This document shows, piece after piece, positions 1-14,136 of a DNA stretch of 50,962 nucleotides; positions within the stretch are counted from its first letter, which is position 1; each line of letters opens with the position of its first letter. The stretch is from Octopus sinensis (lineage: Eukaryota): the NCBI RefSeq assembly GCF_006345805.1, contig NW_021834841.1, positions 1 to 50,962 on the forward strand, read 5' to 3'. Position numbers and translations under genes: made by a program. Below the pieces are notes generated by a model. It had not been told where the DNA came from. It worked only from the letters and a program-made list of their open reading frames with translations, and did no database searches.

Positions 1-99
1 AGTAGTCGTGTACCCGTTATGCGTTTACTTATCGTTTTTCTTTATTAAATTACTTGAAATATTCTATGAGGAAAGAACTAGTTTCTAACAGATATACAA

Positions 100-1030
100 G
101 TTTTATTGTTGGAATATACATAACCAGAAAGAAATTCACATTTTGGACTTCGGAAAATTCTTGCATATTTTTATTGTTCGGCTTAAAAATTGCATTTGTA
201 AAATGCCAGTTGCTCGATGTCTTTTTCTGTTGTATGAGGAAAGTTTCGAATGCCATATTTTACTAAGTCTGGTGTCATATTCTCGAGTTTCTCTATCTTT
301 ATTCACAGCACTTTCGCATGATATCGCATGATTTTCATAAATGCCTAGGTATTTGCAGCATTCTTTGTGCTGAAAAAGAGAGAGATAATGAAACCGTTGG
401 TACACAGAATTTTGGTCTGGGTGACCAAAATTCCGTGTACCAACGGTTTAATAATCAAATATGCACACTTCTGTTAGCCAAATTCCATTTCTATACCAGC
501 TGAAAATGCTATTTCAGTCCAGCTGTGTTTCGGCATTGTAAACATTTTTACAATAGATTTTCAGGTCATCTGCAAAGAAATTGTGGGTTAAACTAACATC
601 TTTAACAGTTGCAAACCCTAGCGTGTAGCTACTGGATTTTTATAGTAGGAACGATAATGGATTTAAAAGATTTAAAACCAAAATAAGCAAACATACAGAA
701 TGACTGTCTCCATGGAATATTCCTTTTGAAATATTTATAACATCTGACGTTCTCAGTTATAAGTGTGATGATTGTTGACAAGGTCTTCGAGAGCTTCTCA
801 ATGGCAGCAGCTATGTAGCAGCTATTTTTGCCTGATATTGACACTTTAGCAGCCATGAGTAAGGAACAGAGACGAAAGCATCTCCTATAATCAAGCCAAA
901 TAGTTTAAGTTGGAGTGGGTATCGTCCCATTATTTTTTTAATCGCTTCACATATCGAATGGAAGGATCATCGCGGATTTTCTCGTAGTTCTGAAGTAGAT
1001 CATGGCTCAAACATCAAGTCCAGCTAAAGT
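100..1030 (-). mobile_element. Degraded non-LTR retrotransposon reverse transcriptase (R4/Dong-like, RLE group)
   Basis: Minus-strand manual translation gives RT motifs in correct order: AFVSVPYSWLLKC (~845-880), SKGIFHGDS (~700-730), HNFFADDLK (~560-590), GIEMEFG (~478-497), CKYLGIYEN (~333-359); stops and frameshifts present. Ends approximate. Confidence 0.8.
391..449. repeat. Near-perfect 27-bp-arm hairpin inside the RT relic
   Basis: aaaccgttggtacacagaattttggtc-tgggt-gaccaaaattccgtgtaccaacggttt, one mismatch. Confidence 0.9.
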
Positions 1031-1051
1031 GAGAAGAGTTCCCACATCATC

Positions 1052-1278
1052 TTAACCCTTTTGTTACCAATTTCTGTTAAGATGCTCAGTGTTTCTTTCA
1101 ATTAATTTGAAATATAATAAAGAATTTGGTAAAATAACTTAGTATCATTAAGCTAGTGTTAGGAACATAATCGTGACGAAGGTTTGGTGGAAGATTTTTA
1201 ATCAGGACTTATGAAAACAAGATATCTGTACTTACAGAGCCAGAGGCGGTTCAGTCGGGTTGGTATCGAAAGGGTTAA
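1052..1278. mobile_element. piggyBac-type MITE (~219 bp)
   Basis: TTAA duplications at 1052-1055 and 1275-1278; terminal inverted repeats CCCTTTTGTTACCAA / TTGGTATCGAAAGGG (13/15 match). Confidence 0.8.
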
Positions 1279-1554
1279 ACAAATTACAGGTGTCATAGCA
1301 CTCATTGCGTTGTTGTGCTGGTGTAATCGTATCCGTATCAGCCATGATCGTGCTAGTGGAATTCGACGTGGGAGCAGTTTTTTAATTTAGGTTGGAGGAG
1401 TCGACATAATTGTACAAGAACGTTCATAAAGGCGTTTAGGACTCTGATGTTAACGGCGCTATGTACATATGTGCACATAACTTTCTTCTGGAGACACAAG
1501 TTTTGGCGTGAGGGTAGTCGATTCATCGATCCCAAAAACTCAATTGTTATGAAT

Positions 1555-1695
1555 TCTTTTATTTCTATCAGTTATTTGACTGTGGCCATGCTGAAGCGCC
1601 GCATTTAGCTGAACAAATAATTAACCCAGGACTTTTCTTTGTACGGCTACGTAAAAACACACCAACATCTGTTGTAAGCGATGGTGGGGACACAC
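1555..1695 (-). mobile_element. SINE family A (CORE-like cephalopod tRNA-SINE), 3' fragment
   Basis: Reverse complement of family A tail (tttgactgtggccatgctg...) as seen in 35888-36296. Confidence 0.7.
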
Positions 1696-1809
1696 GAAAC
1701 GTTAAAGACTTTTTCACGTCCCGAGCGGTTAGAGTAAAACATCTGTTTGTTGTCTACACCACTTGCCATCGTCTTTTGTTTTTGTTTTGTTTTTTTGTGA
1801 ATTCTCTCC

Positions 1810-1834
<25 letters not shown>

Positions 1835-1843
<9 letters not shown>

Positions 1844-2050
1844 AAATAAACGGTGTCTGTGTGTGTAATGCGTATGCATTTCTACAGTTTTCAACCGATT
1901 TTCACCAAACGTTACACACACATCACTTATATGCCAAGGATGGTTATGCACTACAATTTTTTTGCCCGGAGCTCCCGCATAAAGCGAGAAACAGGGGAAA
2001 GGTGTTTTATACAGGTTTTTCTCTAGAAATTGCAGTTTTCAACCGATTCT
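1835..2050 (+). mobile_element. Helitron-type non-autonomous element, 5' part
   Basis: (TA)n-AAA...GTCTGTGTGTG start and internal blocks (ccaaggatggttatgcac; cccgcataaagcg) similar to the terminally intact element at 42204-42564. Confidence 0.5.
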
Positions 2051-2177
2051 CTCTCTTTTCTAATTCTCTCTTTCTCTTGCTCACTTATATTTTCTCTCAC
2101 CCTCTGTAATAGTTTCTCTCTTTTAGTTTGTCTTCTTTCCTTCATTCTTTTTCTTTCTCCCTCTTTCTTTCTTTCTG

Positions 2178-2385
2178 TTCGACTAAAGGGGCTGCTCCAG
2201 CATGGCCACAGTCAAATGACTGAAACAAATATACATATATATATATAACAGCGTTCTTTCAGTTTCTGTCAACCAAATCCTCTCACAAGGCTTTGGTCAA
2301 CCTGAAGCTATAGCACAAGACGCAGTGAGGCTGAACCCGGAACCATGCAGTTGGGAAACAAGCTTTTTGCCACACACCACGCCTG
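2178..2385. mobile_element. Two SINE family A fragments (+ tail 2178-2232; - 5' half 2250-2385)
   Basis: ctccagcatggccacagtcaaatgactgaaac tail, then reverse complement of head/core (ttctttcagtttc...cacaaggctttgg...gaaccatg). Confidence 0.75.
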
Positions 2386-2529
2386 TGTGTTCAGCAAAGA
2401 GATGTTATGTATTCGTTCTGTTCATAAAACTCCGCTACCTGTTGAATAAAGAATGTTGTCATGGACTGAGTGGGTGTTCTGTGCTGTTCCTCTCAGGATA
2501 TCCACCCGTTTCACATATCCAATGACCAC

Positions 2530-3401
<872 letters not shown>

Positions 3402-3849
3402 ATGTTAATAAAATAGAACATATGCATATAATATAAAACATATGTACGTACCTACCTCTACATGTACATATACACGCATATATGCGTACAGGACACCAAA
3501 AGACGTCGAACACATAGAGAGACGAAAAACATAGACACAAACCAAGGAACAGGAGAGGCAAAAAAGAAAAAAAGAGATACAGGACAATAAGCACAACGAA
3601 AAATCCCCTTCTTCAGTCGCTAAGGTTTCATATATATAATATATATATATGGGGGTGGGGATTAGAAAATCGAAAAGGTATTGAAACACTGAAAGAATAG
3701 GGAATAAAAATGGATAGGTGAATATTTTCTTCTACGTATATGTATATGTATGTAATAGAGTTTGAAAGAGAGAGAGAGAAATAGAGAAATAGAGAAATAG
3801 AGAGAGAGAGAGAGGGTTTGTGTGGGAAAGAGGGGGAGCAAGAGAGGCA

Positions 3850-3897
<48 letters not shown>

Positions 3898-4255
3898 TAT
3901 ATGTATATATGTTCGTATGTGTGTATGGATGTAATTAATTTCATACACACATGTGTGAGTGTGTGTATATATGCGTGCATGTACCTATGTATGTATGTAT
4001 GCCAGATGTCTCAATTTATTTCTTAATGGAATTAATACCTCGTCTAAGCTATTTATTTGTAAGGCCATTTATAGTTTGTGTGGGTGTATATAAATATATA
4101 TACATATACTCACACACACACATATTTGTGTGCGTGTGTGTGTGTGTTGTGTGTGTCTGTGTGTGTGTATAGACATATATATATATTTATATACACATAT
4201 ATTTATATATATATATTTATATGTGTACATGTGCACATATATATATATGTGTTCG

Positions 4256-4288
<33 letters not shown>

Positions 4289-4536
4289 CTATATATATAT
4301 TTATATACGTATTTGGTGTATATACGTATATGCTCGTACATTAAACACACACACAGTTGTATCTTTTTTTTCTCTTTTATGTGGCTTTGTCTGGGAGAGA
4401 AATATAGGAAAAATTAAGTAATTTGTCGTGTTTTCATTTGTCGATCGCTGTGTTACGGCTATTTTAAGTTCGCGCCTCGTTGCAGTCGGCCGGTTCGCTT
4501 GGAAAGCATTAAAGCCTTTTATTTCTATTGTTGTTG

Positions 4537-4578
<42 letters not shown>

Positions 4579-5014
4579 TATTATTATTATTATTATTACA
4601 TTTTTTTAAATATTTTTTTCTTTGTTCAGACGTCTATTAAATCTTCTGACTCAATATTAGTAAAAGCACTAATTTATAGATTACACACACACACACATAC
4701 AGACGCACGCACACATACAAACACATACTCACACACACACACACACACACACACATGTATGTGTACGTGTGTGTGTATGTGTGTATGTATATATATATAT
4801 ATTATATATATATATACACACACACATACACATCCACAACACACATACATATATATATATAAGGTCATAACTGAACGGTTGGTGAGTTCGAATCTACGGC
4901 GAGGCACCTCAGGTAAGTATCTTCTACAGATGTTACTGGTTGTGCTGACCTGTTTTGCGCTGGGAGTTGAACTCTGAAGATCAAGATCTGTGCATGATAT
5001 TATTTTACACACAC

Positions 5015-5064
<50 letters not shown>

Positions 5065-5905
5065 CACACGCACACACACACACACTCACACACACACCGC
5101 ATGCACACACGCGCACATACATACATGGATATACATATACGCAGTGATAATGAAACGTACATATGTATACATGAAAATGCGTTAGTACAAATGTATGTGT
5201 GTGTTTGTTTATGCGTGCGTGCCCGTGTGTGAGAGGGTGCATGTATGCGTTTGTGCCCTTGTACGTATGTGTGTGTGTGTGTGTGTGTAAATATAAGTAT
5301 TTTACGAGAAATGTGGAATAGAACACACCACAAAGATATTTGTTTGAGATTATTGTTGCTTTTGATGCTGATGTTGTTGTTGTTGGTGTTTTTCTTTTTA
5401 TCGCTTTGTATTTGGTGTTATTTGATCCTTTAATCGCACATGGCTCATTTAATAGCAATGGAATTTACCTACACCACCAGGTAGGTGCCCGCCCTACTTT
5501 TTCATGTTGCTCTAGCCACCCGCATACATACATACATGCATACATACATACATACATACCTAACTATATCCATATCTATGTGTATATGCTTATGTGCGCG
5601 TATATATGTGTGCTGTGAGTGTGTGAGAGTAAGTGAGCAATGGAAAGAAAACACCTCTCAACACATTTAATTTGAGTTGCAACATTTAATAACAGGTTGA
5701 CTCGGCTCAACATTACTTAAAGTTTCCTGGATATTGAACGCGCCCACAACTGATGTATGTTGTCGAGAAGAAAAAAAGATTTGGTGAAATTCTAAAGTGG
5801 CTTCTAGCTGTGAGTGTTCGGGTCTCCATCAGTCAATTCAAGTCACGTTGATAAATATCTTGATTAAGAAACGGTAGCTTTTTGATTCCATTATATGCTG
5901 CCCGT

Positions 5906-6121
5906 AAGGCGACACGCAAGCAGAATCGTTAGCACACCGGGCGAAATGCTTAGCAGCATTTCGTCTGTCTTTACGTTCTGAGTTCAGATTCCGCCGTGGT
6001 CGACTTTGCTTTTCATCTTTACGGGGTCGATAAAATAAGTGCCATTTGAGCACTGGGGTCGGTTTAATCGACTTAGCCCCTTCTTCGATATTGCTGGCCT
6101 TTTGCCAAAATTTGAAACATT
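5906..6121 (+). mobile_element. SINE family B (tRNA head + Deu/Nin-like core)
   Basis: Head gcagaatcgttagcac...gttctgagttc; core ggtcgactttgc-tttcatc-tt-cggggtcgataaaataagt; tail ggcctt-tgccaaaatttgaaac. Confidence 0.9.
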
Positions 6122-6199
6122 ATATGCTGTACGGGGTATTGCAGAGAGCATATAGTTAAGTTACGGTGAATCAGTCTCATAATATAAGCCAAGATATTG

Positions 6200-6411
6200 A
6201 TTTCAAATTTTGGCACAATGACAGCAATTTCGGAGCTGTAGATAAGTCGATTACATCGAGCACAGTACTAAACTGGTACTTAATTTATCGACCCCGAAAG
6301 CACAAAAAACAAAGTCGACCTCGACGGAATTTGAACTCAGAACATGAAGGCGGACGAAATGCCACTAAGCATTTCGCCCGGCATGCTAACAATTCTGCCA
6401 GCTCTTTGCCT
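6200..6411 (-). mobile_element. SINE family B
   Basis: Reverse complement of the same consensus; tail-to-tail with 5906-6121. Confidence 0.9.
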
Positions 6412-6949
6412 CAAATATAATCCAAGATATTAAAAAATGTATTAAAATCGGATTTTCTTTGTTGTTTTGTAAAATAAAAAGCTAAATATTGACATCTTTA
6501 AACTCCCACTGGCATCTATAAGAACTGGTGATAATAATTTTGATGGACGTACTGATGTCCTTTGAGATTCAGGAATCGTTAACTTTCTAAAGAATCGCAG
6601 TTCTAGACGGATACATTGTGAGATAGATTCGATAGGCGTAGAGAAAATGGTTTTGACGCAAAGTTTACTGGATCAGTTCTTACCTCGGAGTGAACAACAA
6701 TTTTTGTTTAATTTAATTCATTGAACTGGCATTAAATTTGTTAGAAATACCCACAGAAGCAATAAATTCTTTGCGAATAAACTACTTTTGCAGAATTTGG
6801 CGAAAGCTACATAAGAAGGAGTTTTATTGGATTTTGATAACCATTCATCGTTTCTGTTTTTCTTTTCAAACGGCAGTTGTGGTGTCGAAAACAATACCAC
6901 AAGAATTTGAGACATCCATGACAATGCCTCGGGAATTAGGAACAAAATG

Positions 6950-7275
6950 ATGTGACATTCGCGATAGTAATTGATATTTATATCTTCATGGATTCTTCAA
7001 ACAGGGACTGCAATCGGGAATGCTGAACTACTCTCAGAGCAGATGCAGGAGTTAATATCATAGGCCATAAAATTCTTGTGAAAAGTAGCATCTCCAGGTT
7101 TTAACAAAGTTGAACAACGTAACGATGGAAGAACGACAGGAAAAACAGGGTGACTGGTTCCATTGTTTCTTGAATCAGAGAATATGGGATTGACTAAACG
7201 AAAATGAATAAAGATTGAAAAGAATGTAAGTACAATACACAGAAAGCTTCTGATAGGAGCTCTGGCAACAATGTT
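6950..7275 (+). mobile_element. Possible very old LINE RT N-terminal relic
   Basis: Plus frame ...AIKFL*KVASPGFNK...RTTGKTG*LVP...STIHRKLLIGAL loosely resembles the AIKxLKxWKSPGxD / GxTxLIPK / STIYKLLTGIL motif series; many stops. Confidence 0.3.
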
Positions 7276-7299
7276 ATGCTCTAACTCCGAGAAATGCTA

Positions 7300-7610
7300 T
7301 ATTTAACAGAATATCGTTTGTTCCTTCTCGAGCCATGCCTGGCTCATAAGGGCCGGTTTCCTGGTTTCCTTCGCAAATAGGTTCCCCACCTGGACGGGAC
7401 GCCGGTCCGTCGCAGGTGAGCTGCAAGATGCAGGAGAAAAGAGTGAGAGAAAGTTGTGGCGAAAGACTCACCAGAAGTTCGCCATTTCCTTCGGCCGGAG
7501 TCACGTGGAGCTTAGGTGTTTCGCTCATAAACACACACATCACCCGGTCTGAGATTCGAACCGCGATCCCTCGACCACGACCCGCTGTTCTAACCACTAG
7601 GCCATGTGCC
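7300..7610 (-). mobile_element. SINE family C (tRNA head + V-domain-like core)
   Basis: Minus strand starts GGCACATGGCCTAGTGGTTAG (A box)...GGTTCGAATCTC (B box); contains CCTGCGACGGACCGGCGTCCCGTCCAGG resembling the V-SINE core. Confidence 0.75.
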
Positions 7611-7614
7611 TAGT

Positions 7615-7775
7615 GCGTTCGCTGCTGGAATAGGGAGTGGTTGGAGATCACGCGGTCGTTAGCCTCAAATCGCCAGGCCTGGTCGGCGTTTGTGAGAGAT
7701 GCAGCATTGAGGATGAATGAAGCCAGCTCAACCCGCCCCAGGTGAATGCTGTCTCGAGACAAGACAAGAAGTGCC
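7615..7775 (+). mobile_element. RTE-clade LINE 3' end
   Basis: EWLEITRSLASNRQAWSAFVRDAALRMNEASSTRPR* followed by a short (caaga)-type repeat tail. Confidence 0.6.
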
Positions 7776-8146
7776 TACATTAACAGAATATAGAGAGTTC
7801 CAAACACAAGTTTGATAGAAAAAGCTTACATCTTCGAGTTTCCATTTCCTAAATCTCTTTTTAGTCGGTTCAAAATTAAGGCAGAAGACAGTGGGATTGA
7901 AACCAAAAAGAAAAATGGCGTTACGAAGCGATCAGTTAATCCACGTAGCAAGCATCATTTATTTAAAGATAGAGTACAGTTTTTTCAAAACCTGTCAACG
8001 CCGTGTGTCATCAACAACGACAACGACAAACCACCATCTCCACCACCACAAACACCTCCACCACTGCCACAACTAAGATGTCATCGATACCAAAACTTCA
8101 AGACACGGGAAAACTGAGAAGCTACGGAAGCCATATGTGTGTGTGT

Positions 8147-8222
<76 letters not shown>

Positions 8223-8487
8223 TGTGTGTGTGTTTCTAATTCCTTTCACTCTCACTTTGCGAGGGTGAATGATCGTCATTTGGAGTTGTTGCTGTAAGAC
8301 TTCAACTGAAGAGAACGAAATAATTCTGCTTACTTAAATTATATACTTTTTCTTCCTTTAGATCTGTCTGTTTGTCTTTCATTCTTCCTTTCTGCCATTA
8401 TTCCTCTCTTCTCTCTTTTCTCTGCCTATATATATATCACACGCGCACAAAAATTACACACATACAACATATACACACACACATATA

Positions 8488-8536
<49 letters not shown>

Positions 8537-8859
8537 TACAATACATCACACATACATATTTATATATAGAGAGCGAGAAAGACTTAAATAGACAGATAAG
8601 TAAAAAAAATGTACAGAGAGATAGATGTAGATTTAGAAGCACATATACATGTGTGTCTGCGTATGTGTGTATATGCGTGTGTGTGTGTGTATGTGTGTAT
8701 TCATGTATGCATGTATACTTGCATGCAATGTATATATATATATATACCAGCAGATTCATGATTCAAGTAAGGGAAAGATCAGAAACTCAAAGCAAAACCC
8801 TAATCTTTTGCTATGAAACAAAATTATTTCTGTTGCATAGTTACAGGTGTTCTTATAGC

Positions 8860-9295
8860 ACCTGTATCTACTCTAATACTTAGAGTGGTTTCAGCTTAAT
8901 TTGTTGAAGGAACAGCATGAATGTCAGACGACAAAACATTAGTATGAGGTGCGCCGAAATAAACGAACATTCCACTCTAATGTCAATGCAACTGGTCACG
9001 GCTGGAGGGGGCGCTACAAATGGAATGTGGCAAAATTGTTACGATTTTCAGTCGATCGGTGATAAGGGAAATATCTTTCACATAGGACGCTATACATAAC
9101 ACGAAATGTTATGGGTATGAATTCAAGGAAAGGATAGATCATTTCCTTTTTTTATAGATGATCTGAAGCTCTATGGAAAGAGGAAAACCAACTGCATTCA
9201 CTGATTCAAACAGCGCATTACTCTAGAGCAGACGTTAGAATGGAATTTGGTTTGAAAAATTGTGGAGTGTTGATTCTTATATAAGGTAAAGTCTA
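8860..9295 (+). mobile_element. Degraded R4/Dong-like RT fragment
   Basis: IDHFLFIDDLKLYGK and RMEFGLKNCGVLIL (9140-9280); frameshifted. Confidence 0.75.
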
Positions 9296-9359
9296 ACACG
9301 TGGATGCGGTGAAGTAGCAACACCTTAACCACTAAGCCAACAATAAGAAGAATAAGGTG

Positions 9360-9510
9360 ATTCCAGATTTTAGTACAAGGCCAGCAGTTTTTGAGGGGAG
9401 TGGAAAGCCGATTACATCGACCCCAGTACTCGACTGGTGCTTATTTTATCGATGTCGAAAGGATGAAAGGCGCAGTCAACTTCGTCGGGATTCGAACCCA
9501 GGACGTTAAG
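9360..9510 (-). mobile_element. SINE family B, partial
   Basis: Reverse complement of tail and core (cgattacatcgaccccagtact...aaaggatgaaagg). Confidence 0.8.
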
Positions 9511-9557
9511 AACCGGTATTTTTTCGACGTTCTTTGACATGAAACACACATATACAT

Positions 9558-9925
9558 ACCATGTGGTTCCGGGTTCAGTCTTACTGTGTGGCACGTTCGG
9601 CAAGTGTCTTCTACTATAGTCTCGGGTCGACCAAAGCCTTGTGAGTGGATTTGGTAGACGGAGACTGAAAGAAGCCCATCATATATATATGTGTGTGTGT
9701 GTGTGTGTCTTTGTGTCAGTATTTATCCCCACCACCACCACCACCATCGCTTGACAACCGATGCTGGTGTGTTTACGTTCCTGTACCTTAGAGGTTCGGC
9801 AAAAATAACCGATAGAATAAGTACTAGGTTTACAAAGAATAAGTCCTGGGATCAATGTGTTCGACTAAAGCGGCACTTCAGCATGGTCACAGTCAAATGA
9901 CTGAAACAAGTAACAGAATAAAAGA
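9558..9925 (+). mobile_element. SINE family A, near full length
   Basis: ggttcagtc...ggcaagtgtcttctactatag (CORE-like), internal TA/GT microsatellite, tail cagcatggtcacagtcaaatgactgaaacaag. Confidence 0.9.
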
Positions 9926-9953
9926 ATACATATGTATGTCATTCAGTTTTATT

Positions 9954-10360
9954 AGGGCAGCGTGCTGGCAGAAACGTTAGCACGCCGGGCGAAATGCTTT
10001 GTGGTATTTCGTCTGCCGTTACGTTCTGAGTTCAAATTCCACCGAGGTCGACTTTGCCTTTGCCTTTCATCCTTTCGGGGTCGATTAAATAAGTACCAGT
10101 TACGCACTGAGGTCGATATAATCGACTTAATCCGTTGTCTGTCCATGTTTGTCTTCTCTGTGTTGTAGTCTTGTGGACAGTAAAGAAATAGGTATGTCGT
10201 CTGTCTTTACGTTCTGAGTTCAAATTCCGCTGAGGTCGACTTTGCCTTTAATCCCTTCGGGGTCGATAAATTAAGTACCAGTTGCATACTGGGGGTCGAT
10301 CTAACCGACTGGCCCTCCTTCCAAAAATTTCGAGCCTTGTGCCGAGAGTAGAAAAGATTA
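9954..10360 (+). mobile_element. Two tandem SINE family B copies (9954-10192; 5'-truncated 10193-10360) with different tails
   Basis: Consensus core seen twice; tails ttgtggacagtaaagaaatagg and gccttgtgccgagagtagaaaagattatt. Confidence 0.9.
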
Positions 10361-11049
10361 TTCAGTTCTATTTCAAGATTTCTTGCCAACAGAGAAATAT
10401 CCGTCTTCTAACCTAGATCCAAGGCTCCTTCATTGGAATTTCAACAACAGCAACAGGGTATTTTTGTATGTATATATGTATGTATGAATGTATACGTGCA
10501 GATTTGTGTTTTCTTTTATGCATGTATGTGTGTATGTATGTATGTATGTATGTATATATATATGTATGCATGTTATTTGTTTATGGGTGGGGGCAATTTC
10601 TGATTGAGTCACGATATATTTATTTATTGAAAATTATCATTTAAAAAGTTTTTTAAAAGATCAGATTACCAAAGACCTGCTGAAAGAGATCTGTTGAGCA
10701 TGTCTGAAGAAGCGCAGCAGCACGTCCTATGCACACGAGACTAACAGGCTACTGGACCGACTCAAATTATATACATATGTATGAGTGGGTATGTGTGTTT
10801 TTTGTGCATGCTTGTGTGTGTTACGTGTGTGACGTGACCAAATGAGAGAGAGAGATTACTCAAGGTTTACGTACAAGTCAAAATACGCACTGTCTCTTTC
10901 TTTATATGTATATACGGGAATACAGAGACGCACACATACACATACACACATACATATACGTAGAGAAAAAGAAAGGGACCGTTCGTATTTTGACTTGTAC
11001 GTACGTATTCGGCCACGTCAAACACTCACGTCTGAGATACAGACGCAAA

Positions 11050-11115
11050 TTCACTTACAAACACACACACACACACACACACCACCACACACACACACAC
11101 ACACACATACACTCC

Positions 11116-11191
<76 letters not shown>

Positions 11192-11284
11192 CTCCTCTCT
11201 CTCTCTCTTTCTCTCTCTCTCACACACACACACACTCTTCTCTCTCTCTCTTCTCTCTCTCTCTCTCTCACACACACACACTCC

Positions 11285-11319
<35 letters not shown>

Positions 11320-11400
11320 TCCCTCTCTCTCTCTTTCTCTCTCTCTCTCTCACACACTCCCTCTCTCTCTCTCACACACACACATACACACACACACACG
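11050..11400. repeat. Compound (CA)n/(CT)n microsatellite
   Basis: Direct reading. Confidence 0.95.
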
Positions 11401-11914
11401 AGTCTTTTACTTTCATGTTCAGCATTCTTACGCGCACACGCATAAACATGACGAAGCATCGCCAACTGCGTCAGTGGGAATCAAAACAAGCAAACAGAAG
11501 CCTGTAGAATATTGGCAGGCTAAATGTGGGGGTCAGAACAAGATTTCGTTCTTATATTTGCTTCGGTGTTTTGACCCCTGGAGCTGACATGGACCCTACA
11601 CTGGTTTATTTACATTTGCTTTTCTACACAAATATGTCACAGGCGTATCAAATATACAAACACGCACGCATACGAACACATTCAAACGTGCATGCATATA
11701 TGCACGTGCAGATACATGTCTGGTCTGTGTGTGTCTGTGTCTGTGTGTCGGTGTACGTTCACATGCACATATATAGATACACACACACACACACACACAC
11801 ATACACACACGCATACACACACACTTATGAATGCTGTAATTTACTTTGAGCAAATTGATCAAACAACAGAATCTGACAAATGCAGTATATGCGTGTGTGC
11901 AGAATGTGAGTATG

Positions 11915-12490
11915 TACGAGGTGGTATCAAAAAGTTCCCGAACTAAGGATGTCTAAGAAAAAAATAATTTATTTACCTAAGTTTTAGGTAAATAGACACC
12001 TTGCGCAGCACTACACCGGTCCCAGCGTTCCTGCCACTTTTGGAATCCAGCCTTGAAGTCATTTTCTGTAAGCGAGTCGAGGACTTTCTGCGATTTGCGC
12101 TTGATCTCGACAACAGTGTTAAAATGGCGACTTTTAAGCTGTATTTTCATCTTGAGGAAGAGGCGGAAGTCTACATGCGCTAAATATGGCGAATAGGGTG
12201 GGTGCAGAAGCGAAAGCATGTTTTTGTTTTTTGGGTTTTTTTGTCAGAACCTCACGAGAGAGGAAAGCTCTGTTACTGGGTGCATTGTCGTCGAGAGGAA
12301 TCTAATTTTTTCGCGGAGGTAGAATTGCCTTCACGGAACCATATGACAGACCTAACAACATCATCAATGTCGTTGATTGTCTTCCGACGTTCCTCGTGCA
12401 CAGGCAGATGAATTTTCTCCACATTACTGGCGGAGATACTCTTGACAGGTCTTCCAGACCGCTCGTCGTTTAACAGGTCCGTTCTTCTGC
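11915..12490 (-). mobile_element. Mariner (Tc1/mariner) transposase relic, internally deleted, 5' end interrupted by SINE
   Basis: TA + TIR-like CGAGGTGGTATCAAAAAGTTCC at 11915; LHPPYSPYLAHVDFRLFLKMK...KWQERWDRC (C-terminal DDD region) and DERSGRP...NVEKI...RRKTI (HTH). Confidence 0.9.
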
Positions 12491-12720
12491 GAGCTGGCAG
12501 AATGGTTAGCACTCCGGGCGAAATGCTTTGCAGTATTTCGTCTGCCGTTACGTTCTGAGTTTAAATTCCGCCGAGGTCGACTTTGCCCTTTCATCCTTTC
12601 GGGGTCGATAAATTAAGTACCAGTTACGCACTGGGGTTGATATAATCGACTTAATCCGTTTGTCTGTCCTTGTTTGTCCTCTCTGTGTTTAGCTCCTTGT
12701 GGGTAATAAAGAAATAGGTT
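12490..12720 (+). mobile_element. SINE family B
   Basis: Full consensus incl. tail gtttagctccttgtgggtaataaagaaatagg. Confidence 0.9.
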
Positions 12721-12734
12721 CGTTCTTATTTTGT

Positions 12735-12982
12735 AGGCGGAAACTGAAAGAAGCCTGTCGTATGTATATATGTGTGTGTGTGTGTGTGTTTGTTTGTGCG
12801 TCTGTGTTTGTCCCCCCAACATCGTTTGACAACCGATGCTGGTGTGTATACGTCCCCGTAACTTAGCGGTAGAATAAGTACTAGGCTTACAAAGAATATG
12901 TCCTGGGGTCGGTGTGCTCGACTAAAGGCAGTGCTCCAGCATAGCCACAGTCAAATGACTGAAACAAGTAAAAGATAAAAAA
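12735..12982 (+). mobile_element. SINE family A, 3' two-thirds
   Basis: ggaaactgaaagaagcc...gacaaccgatgctgg...gactgaaacaagtaaaag. Confidence 0.9.
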
Positions 12983-13439
12983 TAACAGATGGTAGGAGGA
13001 AAATTTTTTACTTGAAGCTGGTATTGTTTGTAACCTTTTCTATTAAATGAAATACTTCTGTCACTCTCGCTAGTTCAAAACATTGACAAGGGATGGTGTT
13101 TCTGTTACAAAAACAATTGCAACTCTAAATTTGATGTGTCTTGTCTTGTCTCTCTCACAAGCATAACTCAGGAATCGAAGTCTTTGAAATCGGTAAACTG
13201 AACTGACGGCAGACACTTGGCTACAGAAGACGAGAAAAGCCGCGTTTCTGCGACAAAGGAACATTGCGATTTGTTTAGTTTCTGCGTTCATGTCATTACA
13301 AAGACAGTGTAGAATGGACGGATGCAGCTGGTATTGCATAACTACGCGCGGGCGTTCACACACGAACACACACACACACACACACCACACACATACACGC
13401 ACACGTGTATGTATGAGAGAGAATGTGTATTTGTGTGCA

Positions 13440-13870
<431 letters not shown>

Positions 13871-14136
13871 GGTGTGTATACACATAAGGTGACAATGCAA
13901 AACTGTGAATCTTTAGTAAATTTGAACTTAGAAGGTAAATAATATGTGACAGGAGCCATTGTTATGCCTCGAGAAATACATTGTCATTTGTGGAATGAGT
14001 TGACAACTTATTTCTCTGATACTGTTAAATACACATTACGTATGGACATGTACACATTTCCATAGAACTCAGTACACTTGTACTCCATATGCTTATCCTT
14101 CAGAACGAAGTGTTAGTCGAGTACAGAGTGGTAGTT

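Noticed and set aside
7540-7610. tRNA-like A/B boxes (also in SINE A/B heads and ~9320-9340)
   Set aside because: They continue directly into SINE bodies and do not form complete cloverleaves; not tRNA genes.
8300-8335. CTGAAGA-GAAC-GAAA-TAATTC
   Set aside because: Stem II impossible (1 bp, 2-nt loop) and no stem I complement.
10700-10760. CTGAAGAAGCG...CACGAGACTAACAG hammerhead-like string
   Set aside because: GAAA is GAGA, there is no UH triplet and no stem I; too degenerate to support.
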